Shown: in pieces, positions 41,613 through 55,408 of the stretch
Layout of the letters: the number at the start of each line of letters is the position of its first letter
Position numbering within the stretch: position 1 is the stretch's first letter
Source: Octopus bimaculoides
Lineage: Eukaryota
Reading direction: 5' to 3'
NCBI RefSeq assembly: GCF_001194135.2
Contig: NC_068990.1
Span: forward strand, 3,744,509 to 3,808,508
Length of the DNA stretch: 64,000 bases
Program-made: the position numbers and the translations under genes
Notes under the pieces: generated by a model
The model's database searches: none
The model's input: the letters and a program-made list of their open reading frames with translations, nothing else
Told to the model about the DNA's origin: nothing

Positions 41613-42607
41613 CGTATGTGTCTGTTTGTTTGTCTGTCTATCTAGCTATCTATCTATATGCGGATGCATGTAACTACAAACAGACATACATACAAATGTA
41701 TCCATATTCATGTATTTGTGTGATTATGTATAAAGGATTACATGTACATATATACATGCACATATACATACAGACATAGACACATCCATACATGCATACA
41801 TCCGTGCATACATACATACATAATACATACATTGGACGCTTGATGAGATCCGAGCCATTAATGTGAAAACCTGAAAAATATGTACATAAATGCATACACG
41901 TTTGTGTATGTGTATATATAAGAAGTAGAACTAAGTCATGAAGGAGGGTGTGTATGTTATTTTTTACCTCTGGATACCCCGGTCTAACTCTAGAACCTCG
42001 ACACTCTAGAATCTCGACACCACTCCTGTGAGTAAGTGAATCGATGTGCGCTTGTGTTAATATACACACACTTTAAAGAATGGGTTGTGCTTCATGCAGG
42101 TATTGTAAAAGTGGAATTTATATGGGCTTACAATTGCGTGTAAACATAGAGAGGAGCCTACGCACAGTGCGTTTTTTTGTATACTTAAAGCTTCAGCATG
42201 TGTAATGGCTCGTCTACGTTCTTGAATATTCTATTATCCGTATATATATATATATATNNNNNNNNNNNNNNNNNNNNNNNNNNNNNNNNNNNNNNNNNNN
42301 NNNNNNNNNNNNNNNNNNNNNNNNNNNNNNNNNNNNNNNNNNNNNNNNNNNNNNNNNNNNNNNNNNNNNNNNNNNNNNNNNNNNNNNNNNNNNATATATG
42401 CATACATATATATGTATGTATATATGTATACACACACACACATATATGCATGTACATTTATATATTATTTATATATATATACATAATATAAATGCATATA
42501 TATATATATATATACATACATGTGTGAGTGTGCGTGTGTGTGTGTGCGTGCGTGCGTGCGTGTGTGTGTGTATGTGTGTCTGTGTGTGTGTATGTGTGTC
42601 TGTGTGT

Positions 42608-42640
<33 letters not shown>

Positions 42641-44079
42641 AACGTGTGTGTGAGTTTGTGAATTCATAAAATGGCTACAGGATTCTGTCATATCTGAAAA
42701 TGTATGTTCAGTTGATTTAACCTAAGAATTATTTTTATTCTTATCATGTTAGAATGCAATATAATGACTAGAATTCAACGAATATATATTCATCGTTTTT
42801 ATTTTTTTCTTCGTATTTTACTTTACATACTAACCTACCTTTTTTTTTTTTCCTTTTGAAAAAGGAGTATTATATTTCTTCAGGAAATTATACCAAAAAA
42901 TGTGTATCACAAGGAAGTAGATAGAAAATGGTACATTAGCTGATATGCTCCAAATGTTTTGATATAAAAGTATATTTGTAATTTAACCTTGATTCTTTTA
43001 CGAAGACGAGTAGAATCGAATTATTTTTGATCTACTTATTCATGCATTGCAAGAAATTTCATTTTCGTTTCTAGAAAGCAATTCCTTCGTTTTTTTTTTA
43101 CCTAAAAAATTCGCATTGATATTTAAATGTCTTTTCAATTTTTTTTAAAATCATTGCACAATCTTTACAAAGATTCAGCTCTTTGAAGGAAAATATATTT
43201 TGTATATTTTTTCAAAGAAATTCAACAAAATATAATAGCATCTTCAGCTGTTTAATTCAACATTACAATAACGCTGATTTCTTCTATGTGTATAGTACTT
43301 TAGTTTGAAAAAGGAAGATAGGAATGCTATTATGTGACATTCATTCATCTTTAGCTTTGTAAAATACGTGCCATTCAAGTACGTAAAACACCAGTAAAAA
43401 AAATGGCTCTAGTTTTGAAAGACTTGAAAAGAGTCATTGTTGTGGAGACGTCTCGTTGATACAGTGCTATTGACTACAAACTCATTACTCAGTCGCCGTA
43501 ATTTGATTGTGTGAATATTGTCAACGAAGATGATGGTAGTGAAAACAGACAACTAACGTGGGGAGGCATTGTTAATTTTAAAATCTTGAAAGTACAATAT
43601 ATATAATTGCGTTTGTTTCCAGAAGAACTTTTCAAAATGTACTCAATAAAAGGGATAGTGTACTCCAGCTAGAACTAAAACCACGGCGGTCTGTAAACAA
43701 ATACTCTATACTGATTAGAGGGTGTGTGACACCTATTTATTCCGTTGTCAACATTCGTTAAACGTTTATCGCCTCAAATATATCACCTGTAATATTTGTT
43801 TGCTTCCAACCTAAATATTGCTAAAAGAGTTTTCGATTAACGAGAATTACATCAAACAGATCTACTCCAAACTTCTACATCAGAGACTTGGTTATTATAT
43901 CTCATCGCTTAAGAGGTTTCACATGCAAGCTTCACTTTCCTTCTCACCCGGCAACGTTTCTTGCTCTGAAAAATTTTACATTTCTTTCTCGTTGTAATCC
44001 AAAACGATAGTACAACTACCCCCGTCCTTCACGAGTGCATATGGTTTCATATGTAAAAGTTGCATTCAAAAAGTTTACA

Positions 44080-44870
44080 GACATTTCTTTCAGGAGAGAC
44101 ATTTATTAATTTTAGAATGGTACAAACCTCTCACCTCTTTTGAAATAAGATCCTCTTACTCCAATGCACTTGTAGCGTTCCAACCAATTCGTATAGGCCT
44201 CATGGAAATCCCTCGAAATAAAGCTGCCCGGGATCCTTGTCACAGCCCCCTTCACCTTCACAATAACAACACCTGAAGGTTGCTCTCAGCCTGGAAACAA
44301 CCAAAAGTAACAGGGGGCAAGGTCTTGGCTGTAGAAAAGGTGAGGGACAGTTCTGATACCCATCTTTGTCAAGTAGTTCTTTACCAGCACCCTCGGAACA
44401 AACTTTGCAGAAATTTTGCACATATTCAGATCTTCATGAATAATTTTGTGTCCACCAACTCCGAAATGTATGCTTATTGTCTTTGTACACACACAACAGT
44501 CTTCATCGTGAATATTTCGAGTTTTCTCAACCAGCTCTCATATTCTCACTTCCCTCTCCCATCACACATCTTTGATTGTCCCTTTCTTCTTATCTCCTTT
44601 CTTCCGGCCTTAAACTTCTGCCAGCCAAAAAGTGCATCCATGAGAATCTGGGGCATTTCATAAATTTCTGTAGCGTTTCACCCCTGTTTAGTACAAAACT
44701 TTATTGCATTGCGAACTTCCAAACTACCTTCACGTCCCAACAGTTTCTTCAAACTAGTCAGCTGTGACAGGCAGTGTTTAGTATGGAGTGCTCAAAGTGT
44801 TGTTACAGTCGTTCCCGTCAATCTGGAATATAAATAAGAGGTTGAAGATCAGCTTATTTGATGTATAGCA
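44080..44870 (-). mobile_element. Non-autonomous mariner with internal deletion
   Basis: IHEDLNMCKISAKFVPR (WVPR-type motif) fused to LVKNYLTKMGIRTVPHLFYSQDLAPCYFWLFP (YSPDLAP); the DD catalytic part is missing. Confidence 0.9.
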
Positions 44871-45084
44871 AAAATATACGAAAAATTATAATAATTCAGG
44901 AAAGTAATAACTGCCTTGCCTAAAGGAGTGTCCAGAAATTCTGGGATGTGCTTTGTATCATGCTTACGCTGTTTATTTTATATGCCTATGTAGACACAAC
45001 CAGATTTACACACACTCTCGGATTCACCAGAATTGACTCTGCATCACATCAAGGATAGAACAGCTGAAGTGAGAGAGGAAAATG

Positions 45085-45200
45085 CACCCGTACACGATTT
45101 GTACTCATTTACACTTGCGTAGACTGGAGCAATGTGACAAGAAGTGCCTTGCACATGGACACAAGGCTCTGCCCGGATCCAAAATTGAAATCATGCCCTT
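45085..45200 (-). mobile_element. SINE family B-like fragment
   Basis: AAGTGCCTTGCACATGGACAC, reverse complement of the core. Confidence 0.5.
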
Positions 45201-45825
45201 ATTGTCATAATCTTAACACACCACATAAACGCATTACAACTCTATCTAATCCTTATGATTATCTTTCACCGTGGACATAACTTGTGTTTAACACAACACT
45301 TAATATTATGCATACACGTTACATATCTACATACACGGACCATTCCATCAATGATCTATATTATTGAATAGTATCCCCATTTTACTTGCTTAGTCGCTAT
45401 CTTTTCCTTATTTCTTTTATAATTACATAATTAATTTCTTCTGCAGTTGGTGATAGGAAATTGAAGTAGCAGAGCTACTAGATTAACTTAATGTTAGCAT
45501 ACACTCTGGAAAACATTTAGAAAGCGCCAAAGGAGTTAGCTTATGCATAAAAACTACAATGTTTGTTCAGTTTATGTGTTTATGTGGTCATTCAATTTCT
45601 CGTGAAATAAACTCGCTTTCAAAATATGATTATATCTTTCTGAAGAAGGTCAAAAAGGTATTTTTTTTATATTCTTGATGGTTTAAAGTTCACAATTTAA
45701 CTTCTTTTTAATGATGTTTGGTGGGTAATGAAACATAGCGTGCTCAACCTTGCAATAAATTAATTTTGAATATCGTTTCATAAAACAAACATTATCTGAT
45801 TTTTATTACTTTAATAAGGTTTACA

Positions 45826-45890
<65 letters not shown>

Positions 45891-45905
45891 CAGCAGCAGC
45901 AGTAC

Positions 45906-45955
<50 letters not shown>

Positions 45956-47639
45956 TAAGGTATTTCAAAATGAAAAAAAATTATATGGAACTATTTAAAA
46001 CTAACATCGCCTTGCTTAAACCTTGAAACTTTTTTTTCCAAGAAATAATTTAAACAAACACACTTGGTTATCCCATAGTCGGTAGGTTTATTGTATGCAT
46101 GACAAGTTATTTCAATTCCAGTTGTTTGTCAATGGTTTGTTCGCCTACCTGATCCCATATTTGACGAAAATATAAGAAAATATAAATGTCCTCCATTCAT
46201 TTCCTGAACCCAGCAGATTACCTGCGTAAGCACCAAAGCTGGCTCCAGGGAAGGTATCATTCCAAGATAAACTCAAATGAAATGATAAAATGGCAGCACT
46301 GGTTGTTACCGCAGTCGCTGGATTTTATACAACATGGGGTACTCGTTAATTGCACAGCACTCCTGCTGCTTACAACAATGATATGTATGGTTACTAAAAC
46401 TCTCAAATCGCTACTTAATATTTAAACTCCTTAACAACGTCCGCAACACGCGTGAGCACACAAAGCGTGACACAGTGAATTGTCACGTGATTTTTCTGAT
46501 TTCGAATCAACATAGTCATTGTTGGTTCTTGCACGGAGTGGTGTGTGTCTTTTACATTTGAACAAGTCCACAAATTATTTGGAGCAAATTGGAATCAACT
46601 GAATGAAACCCAGTACAATATTGATATTTGTTTTATTGATTAGTGTTTGAATGAAATACAAATGCAAATATGAAAACATTTACATCAGAAGTGCGGTTCA
46701 AAGAAACCGAAGATTGTAAAGCATATAGTCAGTTGCACAAGTGCTTCAAGTATTCTACTCTTTCACAATTAATTCCACAGAATGATGATAACAATATATA
46801 TATATATACATACATACATACATATATANNNNNNNNNNNNNNNNNNNNNNNNNNNNNNNNNNNNNNNNNNNNNNNNNNNNNNNNNNNNNNNNNNNNNNNN
46901 NNNNNNNNNNNNNNNNNNNNNNNNNNNNNNNNNNNNNNNNNNNNNNNNNNNNNNNNNNNNNNNNNNNNNNNNNNNNNNNNNNNNNNNNNNNNNNNNNNNN
47001 NNNNNNNNNNNNNNNNNNNNNNNNNNNNNNNNNNNNNNNNNNNNNNNNNNNNNNNNNNNNNNNNNNNNNNNATATATATACATTTTTACATACACACACA
47101 TGTATATATAAGTATGTATGTGTGTATCGTGTTACGCTAAGAAGCGGTGCACGGTGCCAGAATGTTCGAATCGAATTAAATATGATAAACTACCTCAAAT
47201 TGTTATTTGAGTTACCACGTAATTCAATTTAAGAGAGGAATATTTACATAAACGGTGCAGTTCCAACTTTATATTATGCAAACTTGAAAACCTGAAATAC
47301 ATATTAAAAGATTTCAACGTGTGTGTGTGTGTGTGTGTGTGTGTAAACACAGGGGCATCTGTTACTTAAGGTCGACTTTGAAACTGTTCATGAATTTCCA
47401 AGTTTGCGCAAGATTTTCTTTTAAGGAAGGCTGGCAGTTAGCTATGCACGCAAGTCTCTACCGATGGTTATCCAAGGGTAAGACCGCAGTGAAAAGGCGA
47501 TACAGCTTCACACCAGTTTTGTTGCAGGGGTTCCTGTCAGAAGCCAAAGAGTTGGAACAGACACCGCAAATCATGTTACACGATCGTTTACCAATTCGGA
47601 AAATCTGTCAACCAGAATTGTTATTTTATTAACGACTTC

Positions 47640-48180
47640 GAAAATATAAAGGATAAATGGTAAAGTTGATCTCTGGTAGATTTGAACTTAGAGCGCAGAG
47701 ATTAGAAACACGTATTGCCTGACGCGCTGACGCTCTAGCGGCTCGACCAATTCACAGATTTTAAGTTATATCCTTTCTTCATAGGTACAAGGCCTGGAAT
47801 GCCTTTGTGTGTGGAGGCTAGTCGATTATACTGACCCCTGAACTCAACTATATCTTGTTTCCCACTTTTAAAAGTTTAATCGACCCCGAAAGGATGAAAA
47901 GCAAAGTCGACCTCGGTGGAATTTGCACTCAGAACGTAGCGACAGACGAAATACCGCCAAGCATTACGCCACGCGTTAGCGCCCTTTTCGGGGTCGATGA
48001 AACAAGTACCAGTTACGTACTGGGATCGATATAGTGGACTAGTCCCCTTCCCTCAAATATTTTCAAGGCCTTGTGCCTTGAGTAGAAATAATTATTTAAA
48101 CTCAGAAAGAAAAGACGAACGAAATGGCGCTATGCATTTTGCCCAGCGCGTTTGGATAATACCAGCTCCCCGCCTTACAG
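47640..48180. mobile_element. Cluster of four SINE family A segments in mixed orientation
   Basis: Minus 47640-47750, minus 47770-47985, plus 3' half 47985-48095, minus 5' half 48097-48178. Confidence 0.8.
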
Positions 48181-50316
48181 GTTCTAAGTTACGTATTTTC
48201 ACTAGGGAATCAATATGTGTGCTTCCGAGTAATACTTTTCTTTAGTAGATGTGATTGTTCGCACAAGTCACATTAACATAGGCAACGTTAATTTGAAGAT
48301 TTAAATCATCAGACTTATTGGAGAGTTAAATCATGGCGTCCTAATAATATTTAAATCAAATTTTTATTGGAATTAAAGATAATTTGAATTAATTTTGATT
48401 ACAATAAACCAGCTCAGAAACAATAGATTTATCATTTGTTCAAATTAATGCAGCTCTTCAATTTTGTTTCAATAATCACCATTAGTCAATTAGAGAAGGA
48501 ATCGAAAGATTCCAGAGGCTGTCAGGCTGCGTAACATAGCTACCAAATGTTGAATACACCGAAAGATTACATAGCAGCTAGAAATTTAACCATCTGGCAA
48601 ATTGTTGGTATTTCTTGCTATTATTTAGGAGACTACATATTACTATAGCATTTACTGTATTATATATACATATATACACACACTCACACATACGGGCACG
48701 CACACATACACATACCGCACGTAAGCACACACACACACACACACATATATATACCTTCACATGTATGTATGAATGTATGTATGTATGTATTTATGTATGT
48801 ACGTATGTATGTATGTATGTATCACTATTGAAGTTCCATTTTTCTGAATACTAGTGTAGTATTGGGCATCAAAAGGTTACCAAGCTGGGCAAGAGAGAAT
48901 TACAATCACAAGTCAAAAGTCTGTTTGGAATACCTCCAAAACATTTAATAATTGTATTTACATCCATTTCCAGTGTCTAAGAATGAAATAGTCGACAGAA
49001 TGAGTAAGAATATGCTACCAACGCTAATAACGGCATATATGAAAATACTACAAGTCTCTAAGTGAATGTTCAATCCACCAGGCATAACGTGCAAAATATA
49101 ATGGCATTACGCCTTACCTTGCATTAAAAGTATGAAATGACAAAATCATATATTAATAGATACAAAGAAACTGGATGGTCACGACTGGAAAGCCTTCGAT
49201 AATAGGTATGTTCGATCAGGTCAAATCTAGGGTCCAAACACCATGAACTTCATTAGCCTGACTTTAGTTTTATTTTGTAATTTTATTTTCAAGCAACTCT
49301 AGGGAAGCAGGAATGGTAGAAGTTGGAATTGCAGACCTTGTATTAGCCATTAGTTTCTAAAATTCTACTGCGAATGGACTTTGCTCATATTCTCCTCTGT
49401 AATTACTATTGCATTGAGATGATAGTGGCACTCGATATTTTTTTTTCCTTGTCAGCTGTTGTTCTTTATTTTCAACATGGCGAAGTTACAAAATCATTAG
49501 AGTAAGATACAGCATTTTTTACAATATTATTTCTGGCTCTAAGCTTCCGCGTTCAAATCTCACAAAAGTTCATTATGCTTTTCCTTATCTCGGCCTCGAT
49601 GAGTTCTCTTATTACTGTAGTTGTACCTTCTCTTTTTTTAATAAAAGGAATCGGCTATTTTCAAACGCATATGAATTACATTTTCTAATATATCTTATTC
49701 CATATTAATTATATACATATCTTGCTTCCTTACATTAAAACAGTCCTGCTTTCCCTCATGATTTACGTACTTATAGGACATATTCAAAATTTTTCTCAGT
49801 AAATATAATTTTAGCATAATATATTTCATTATTTATATATATANNNNNNNNNNNNNNNNNNNNNNNNNNNNNNNNNNNNNNNNNNNNNNNNNNNNNNNNN
49901 NNNNNNNNNNNNNNNNNNNNNNNNNNNNNNNNNNNNNNNNNNNNNNNNNNNNNNNNNNNNNNNNNNNNNNNNNNNNNNNNNNTATATATATATCTCGCCG
50001 GCACCACTCGCGTCCGAGTTTGGTTCATCTATTTCATGATACTTAAACTTCATATGGCTTAGAAATACAAGTCGAGAATGGAACAGTCCCGAGCATTGAT
50101 CGCGTGGCAGGGTGGGTGGTGGCCTTGGTTGGATTGCCGGGTCTTGCGTTGTCTTCCTTTTGCTTCTTCAGTCTTTCTCCTCACCTCGAAAGTTGAACAG
50201 CCGAAATGAATTACTACTGTACACTTTGGATAATAAACCCACTCTAACGACAGATATACGAGTGCATTTTCTCCTGACTTATGGACTCTTAGACGACTTA
50301 CACACGCACACGTACA

Positions 50317-50448
<132 letters not shown>

Positions 50449-51329
50449 TGAAAACTCCCACCCGTATAGGAAATACCTAAAATAAAGCTATATAAGATTG
50501 TCAACCTTTGGATTGGAACGGATACTTAATTAATTTCATACAAACCGATTAAATGCACAAAACTTTTATGTCAGAAAACATGTGCCAGAGTGTAATATGA
50601 ATAAATTGTTTTCTTATTAAATAAAGTTTAATGACGTATAACTCCATTCTTGACAATATACTCTATATTCTTTATAAAATCTATTGATGCGAACTTAGGA
50701 TTTAGCGTCCGAAAGGAATAGTTTGTTTATTCCAAACGATTCTAAATGTTTCCTAACATTAGTTGTGGTTAGTCAACTCTGGATTTTATCAGAGTGCCCG
50801 TAAGGTATCTCCCTAGAAGTAAAACCCCTATTGTTTTGCGTTATATATATACATATAATACGGTTATGAATATTTATTCCATCAGTTTATATTTCTATTG
50901 ATAGTTTTGCTTCTTTATTTAAAAGTAGATTGTTTGAGGTCCACCGCATTAAGAGCCATTGAAGCGCGAAACTACTATTAGAAATATAAACTGCTATTAA
51001 TTAAAACAATATAGTTTCTACATCCTTGTATTGAATCCTGTTTTGTTTCTAACATTGCCTTATTCTTATTGTGTGTACTATATGTACGTGTGTATAGATA
51101 CGTACATGCATTCATACATACATGATTACATATATACATATATATATATATATANNNNNNNNNNNNNNNNNNNNNNNNNNNNNNNNNNNNNNNNNNNNNN
51201 NNNNNNNNNNNNNNNNNNNNNNNNNNNNNNNNNNNNNNNNNNNNNNNNNNNNNNNNNNNNNNNNNNNNNNNNNNNNNNNNNNNNNNNNNNNNNNNNNNNN
51301 NNNNNNNNNNNNNNNNNNNNNNNNNNNNN

Positions 51330-51377
<48 letters not shown>

Positions 51378-51912
51378 TTATTTCGTTAAGGAAAATTGTG
51401 CGAATATGAAAATTCAATGAATGTAATTGTACGAGAGTGGTTTTCGTTGTATAGCTATAATTGACATTAGTGAAGGCTGCATAATTCATCAGGAAGCTGT
51501 GAAGGACAAAATTTGAAATTAGTTCTGTGCATGGCTACCATTCAATAGAGCCAATAAAAGAGAGATTATATAGTTACATCCTTATTAGAAATAGGAATTA
51601 AATCTCTTTGAAATCAAAGCCTACCATATTAAAAGAAACGACAGACTGGATAATATAATCCATGGTATACTATACTTGTAAAAATATTAGGATGTCAATG
51701 GCTAAAATGCTTTTGATCATCGATCACGTCAAGACCTCGGGTTAAACACTGATAGCAACAACAATAGGAAATAACTCGGTTAAAATTTTATATAAACGTT
51801 AATATGATTTCGTGATAGTTCAGCTGGTAAATCCGAAGAATGTGGTCGTAACTGTAATAAAAGACATCCTTAGGTCGGAGGTTCGAATGTGTCTCACAAG
51901 AAAATTCTTTTA

Positions 51913-52255
51913 TAAGCGCAGGCATTGCTTTCTGGCAAAAAAATTACATCCCAACCACATGAATCTGCGTACAGTCCCACTGCGTGGCATCTTAAGCATT
52001 TGTCTTCTATTGTAGCCTCAGAACGACGAAAACCTTGATTTCGGGTTCAATGGCACTGCTCTCGCTTTGGGCAAGTGTCTTCTACCAAAGCGAGAGGCTG
52101 ATCAGTGACTTGTCAGTGAAACTGGTAGGCGAACAGTGTATGGAATGTCATCGTTTATTTGAGGGCGTGTGTGTGTTTGTCTCTCACCGCTTGTTAACCG
52201 AAATTAGTTTGTCTATTTCGCTGTAACCTAACTGTTAGGCGGAACGAGAACGATG
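51913..52255 (+). mobile_element. Composite of two SINE family B pieces
   Basis: CAGTCCCACTGCGTGGCATCTT and a second TTTGGGCAAGTGTCTTCTAC core. Confidence 0.7.
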
Positions 52256-53047
52256 AAATAAGTTTAAGATTTAAAATAAATAATGGAATTGCCCAAACAC
52301 ATTAAGGTAGTACAATGATTGAAGCAATGTAAAAGAAAAATATCTGGAAACAAAATGAAGCACACTCGAAAACCAACGTGTCTTCCGGTGGTAGATACAC
52401 TGAAAGTTGCCCAGAAGCTACTTTAACGCAATTCAAAAATGTAATAGTAACTTTAGAGTTCACGAAATGAGAGGATTTGTTTTAGCTATTCAAGAAAATC
52501 TTAAAATAATCATAATATGAGGGGTTCGTAAAATTCTTGTCCTGCACGCTCATTCTAATAATAATCTTAACCCAGAGAATAAGACCATAAGCATTTTAGC
52601 TTTGGTTAACATGGAACTTTGCGAGATCTGCCATTCTCTAAGGCTTCAAACACAAAATCCTGGTTTGAATCTCAGCCAAATTGAGCCATGCCATCCAAAC
52701 AATCAAACCAAGATAGATTTAATAATAGAACTTAATGGTCGGAGAAAGCATCTACGGACGCAATCACTTCTTTACAATGAATCTTTACAAATTAGGTATG
52801 GAATTGGAAGTTGACAGCACAATCTTCTGGTGGATGAAAATAACGTGATTTGCTATTTAAAATCGTGAGGAAATATACATAGGCCAAGAGCATTTCTCAA
52901 AACATTTTGAGATAATCGTTTATATAACAGACCGGTGAAAATATCGTTTTAATTTGATTTACTTTCTTATTTTTTCTATTGTTCGCCCTGCCATTATCAA
53001 TCAATTGATTGGTATAAAGATACAATGACGAAAAAGAGTTTTCTGAA

Positions 53048-53124
53048 ATTTTGAATGAGCATGTTTTAATCGATTTTGAATGAGCATGTTTTAATCGATT
53101 TTGAATGGGCATGTTTCAATCGAT
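53048..53124. repeat. 25-bp tandem repeat x3 (ATTTTGAATGAGCATGTTTTAATCG)
   Basis: Direct inspection; the third unit has 2 substitutions. Confidence 0.9.
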
Positions 53125-54394
53125 AAATTCAAACCAATGGGTTTATTATTTGTCCTTAAACCAGTAAGGTAATAATAGAAGATACGAAGAGGCGTAACAA
53201 ATTGTTACGAGGCATTTTGTAAGGTTCACTGATACTAATGATAAATTCCCAATGTAGAGATTTGCTATTACCATCGATATTACTTAACAGAAACTGTCTT
53301 ATCCGTTTCTAGGTGGAATTGGACGTAGTTCGGTGTTATTTCGTTTAAATTTCTTTCCTTGTAAAAGTTTGGACAGAACATTTCCATAGTAATTTATGCA
53401 GAAAGTACGTTCAGGCATAAAATCTTTCTGGTATGAAGATAACTTTCTAGCTTTGGGTTTAATATCTAATGTTTTGTTCCAGTTAAATCTTATGTATGTT
53501 ACAATAATCTTCCACTATTTCTTTGCACAAGCGGCTTCCATTTCTGAAGTATTCGATGCAATTAGCATGTCTTCGGCTGTGAATGCAAACATCACTTTCT
53601 TTGTTCATCCATGCTGTGCAGTAAAAATTTAAGAGATAAAAGCTGCCCAAGGCTAATGGGGCCAACTGGTGAACCAAATTGTTCCGATAGGTCACTATTT
53701 ACACTAATCGATGAGCAGATGTCTGTATAATTTAGTCTTCCTGCTACTGAAATCACTGAGCTTAGCACACACTCCAGCTACCGGTGGTCAACGATATCGA
53801 AAGCTTTCTACTGTTCAGAATATCATAAATTCAGTTCTATATACAACCTTCTCTATAATGCTTCACATGATGTAGAGGATGTTTTCATAGGATCTACTCG
53901 GATGCAAACTAACAGAGACAAAATCCAAACTATTGTTAGAGCTTTAAGTAAATTCTTGATCCATTCATTTAGCAGAATTAGGAAGGACAGTGTCCTTCCT
54001 AAGCAACAACATCATGCCCTATATCAATATCCTCAGCCTGCCGCTGGCTACGATACGCATTAACCTTGACACAAACATGGACATTTAAAAAATATGTGAA
54101 GTGCGATAAGGCAAACAGTCGATTCCTTCGAGGATTCTGTATCAGCCTCAAATGTTTGATTAGTATTTTTGCATTACGTCATTTTTGGCTCATATATACT
54201 TTAAGGACATACACGTCGATGAGATTACAATTGAATATCATGCACGCATTTCAGTTCACTAAGAACCTTATATCAGCTTTATTTCCCTATGTTTCTGTCA
54301 ATCGAATGATTTCAATAATATACTTCACTTATGTCTTAGATATGAGTCTTAAGCACCATGTCAGGCTATATTCAGACGTTGTACTGGTATAACG

Positions 54395-54600
54395 ATAGCA
54401 CACCGGGCGAAATGCTTAGCGGTATTTCGTCAGCCTCTACCTTCTGAGTTCAAATTCCGCCAAGGTAGACTTTGCCTTTCATCCTTTCGGGGTCGATAAA
54501 TTACGTACCAGTTACGCACTGGGGTCGATGTAATCGACTTAATCCCTTTGTCTGTCCTTGTTTGTCCATTCTATGTTTAGCCCCTTGTGGGCAATAAAGA
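54395..54600 (+). mobile_element. SINE family A (TTTGTCC tail subtype)
   Basis: Closely matches 37482-37710. Confidence 0.9.
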
Positions 54601-55345
54601 ATTGGATATCTTTCCCACACCTTCTAATCTATGAACTATCCTTCATCTCTAAATAGCTCTTAATCAATCGCTATCTAGCTTTTATATTTCAGAAAGCATT
54701 TAATATTCATAATAATCGCCACCAAAATTCATTTAGCTGGCTCTCTAGTTCGGTCGCTCTAAACCCTGATAGAGACAGCCTATGACGTAACGCACCCGAG
54801 TAGTAACCATCATATATTTTTGTATATCAAAATACTATACTAATTGATCTTTCCTTTCTAACATGGTGGTGGTGGTGGTGTGTGTATGTGTGTGTGTGTG
54901 TGTGTGTGAGCGAGAGAGAAATTTGACTATTTCTCGAACGTCGAGCGATGAGTAGAAGTTTCTTCTTTGGTTCATGATAGTTCTGCTGTTAATATTGGTA
55001 AAATTGTTACTATACCCATAGAACTGTTATCATCATCAATGTTTCCGTCTTCTCCTCAGTCGCCTTCTCCATCGAAGAAGGGAGTAGCGTAACAATTCCC
55101 GACATCACCTCTTTGAAAGTTGTTTCTATCGTGGTGGCATAAACAAATAATTTACAAAATCTCTTCAGAAAATGTGTTCTCTTAAATGCAGAAGATACAT
55201 AGCAATTCCTATTACTTGATGGTAAAATAAACACAATAAATCAAGCTTGTGTGATAGGAAACAAATATAGTAACTCATCAAACAAGAGTATATTCAAGAT
55301 ACATCTTTTTTTCTACGGTAAAATCTAAGAACAGGAATGAAGATG

Positions 55346-55408
<63 letters not shown>

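Noticed and set aside
53048-53124. CRISPR-like repeat
   Set aside because: Units are contiguous with no spacers, and the context is eukaryotic.
53290-53640. mariner C-terminal relic (PERFYA...HKL)
   Set aside because: Similarity too short and no TIR found, so not listed as a feature.
55110-55175. Minus-strand CTGAAGA...GAAAC...TTC hammerhead-like order
   Set aside because: No stem II pairing; probably chance.
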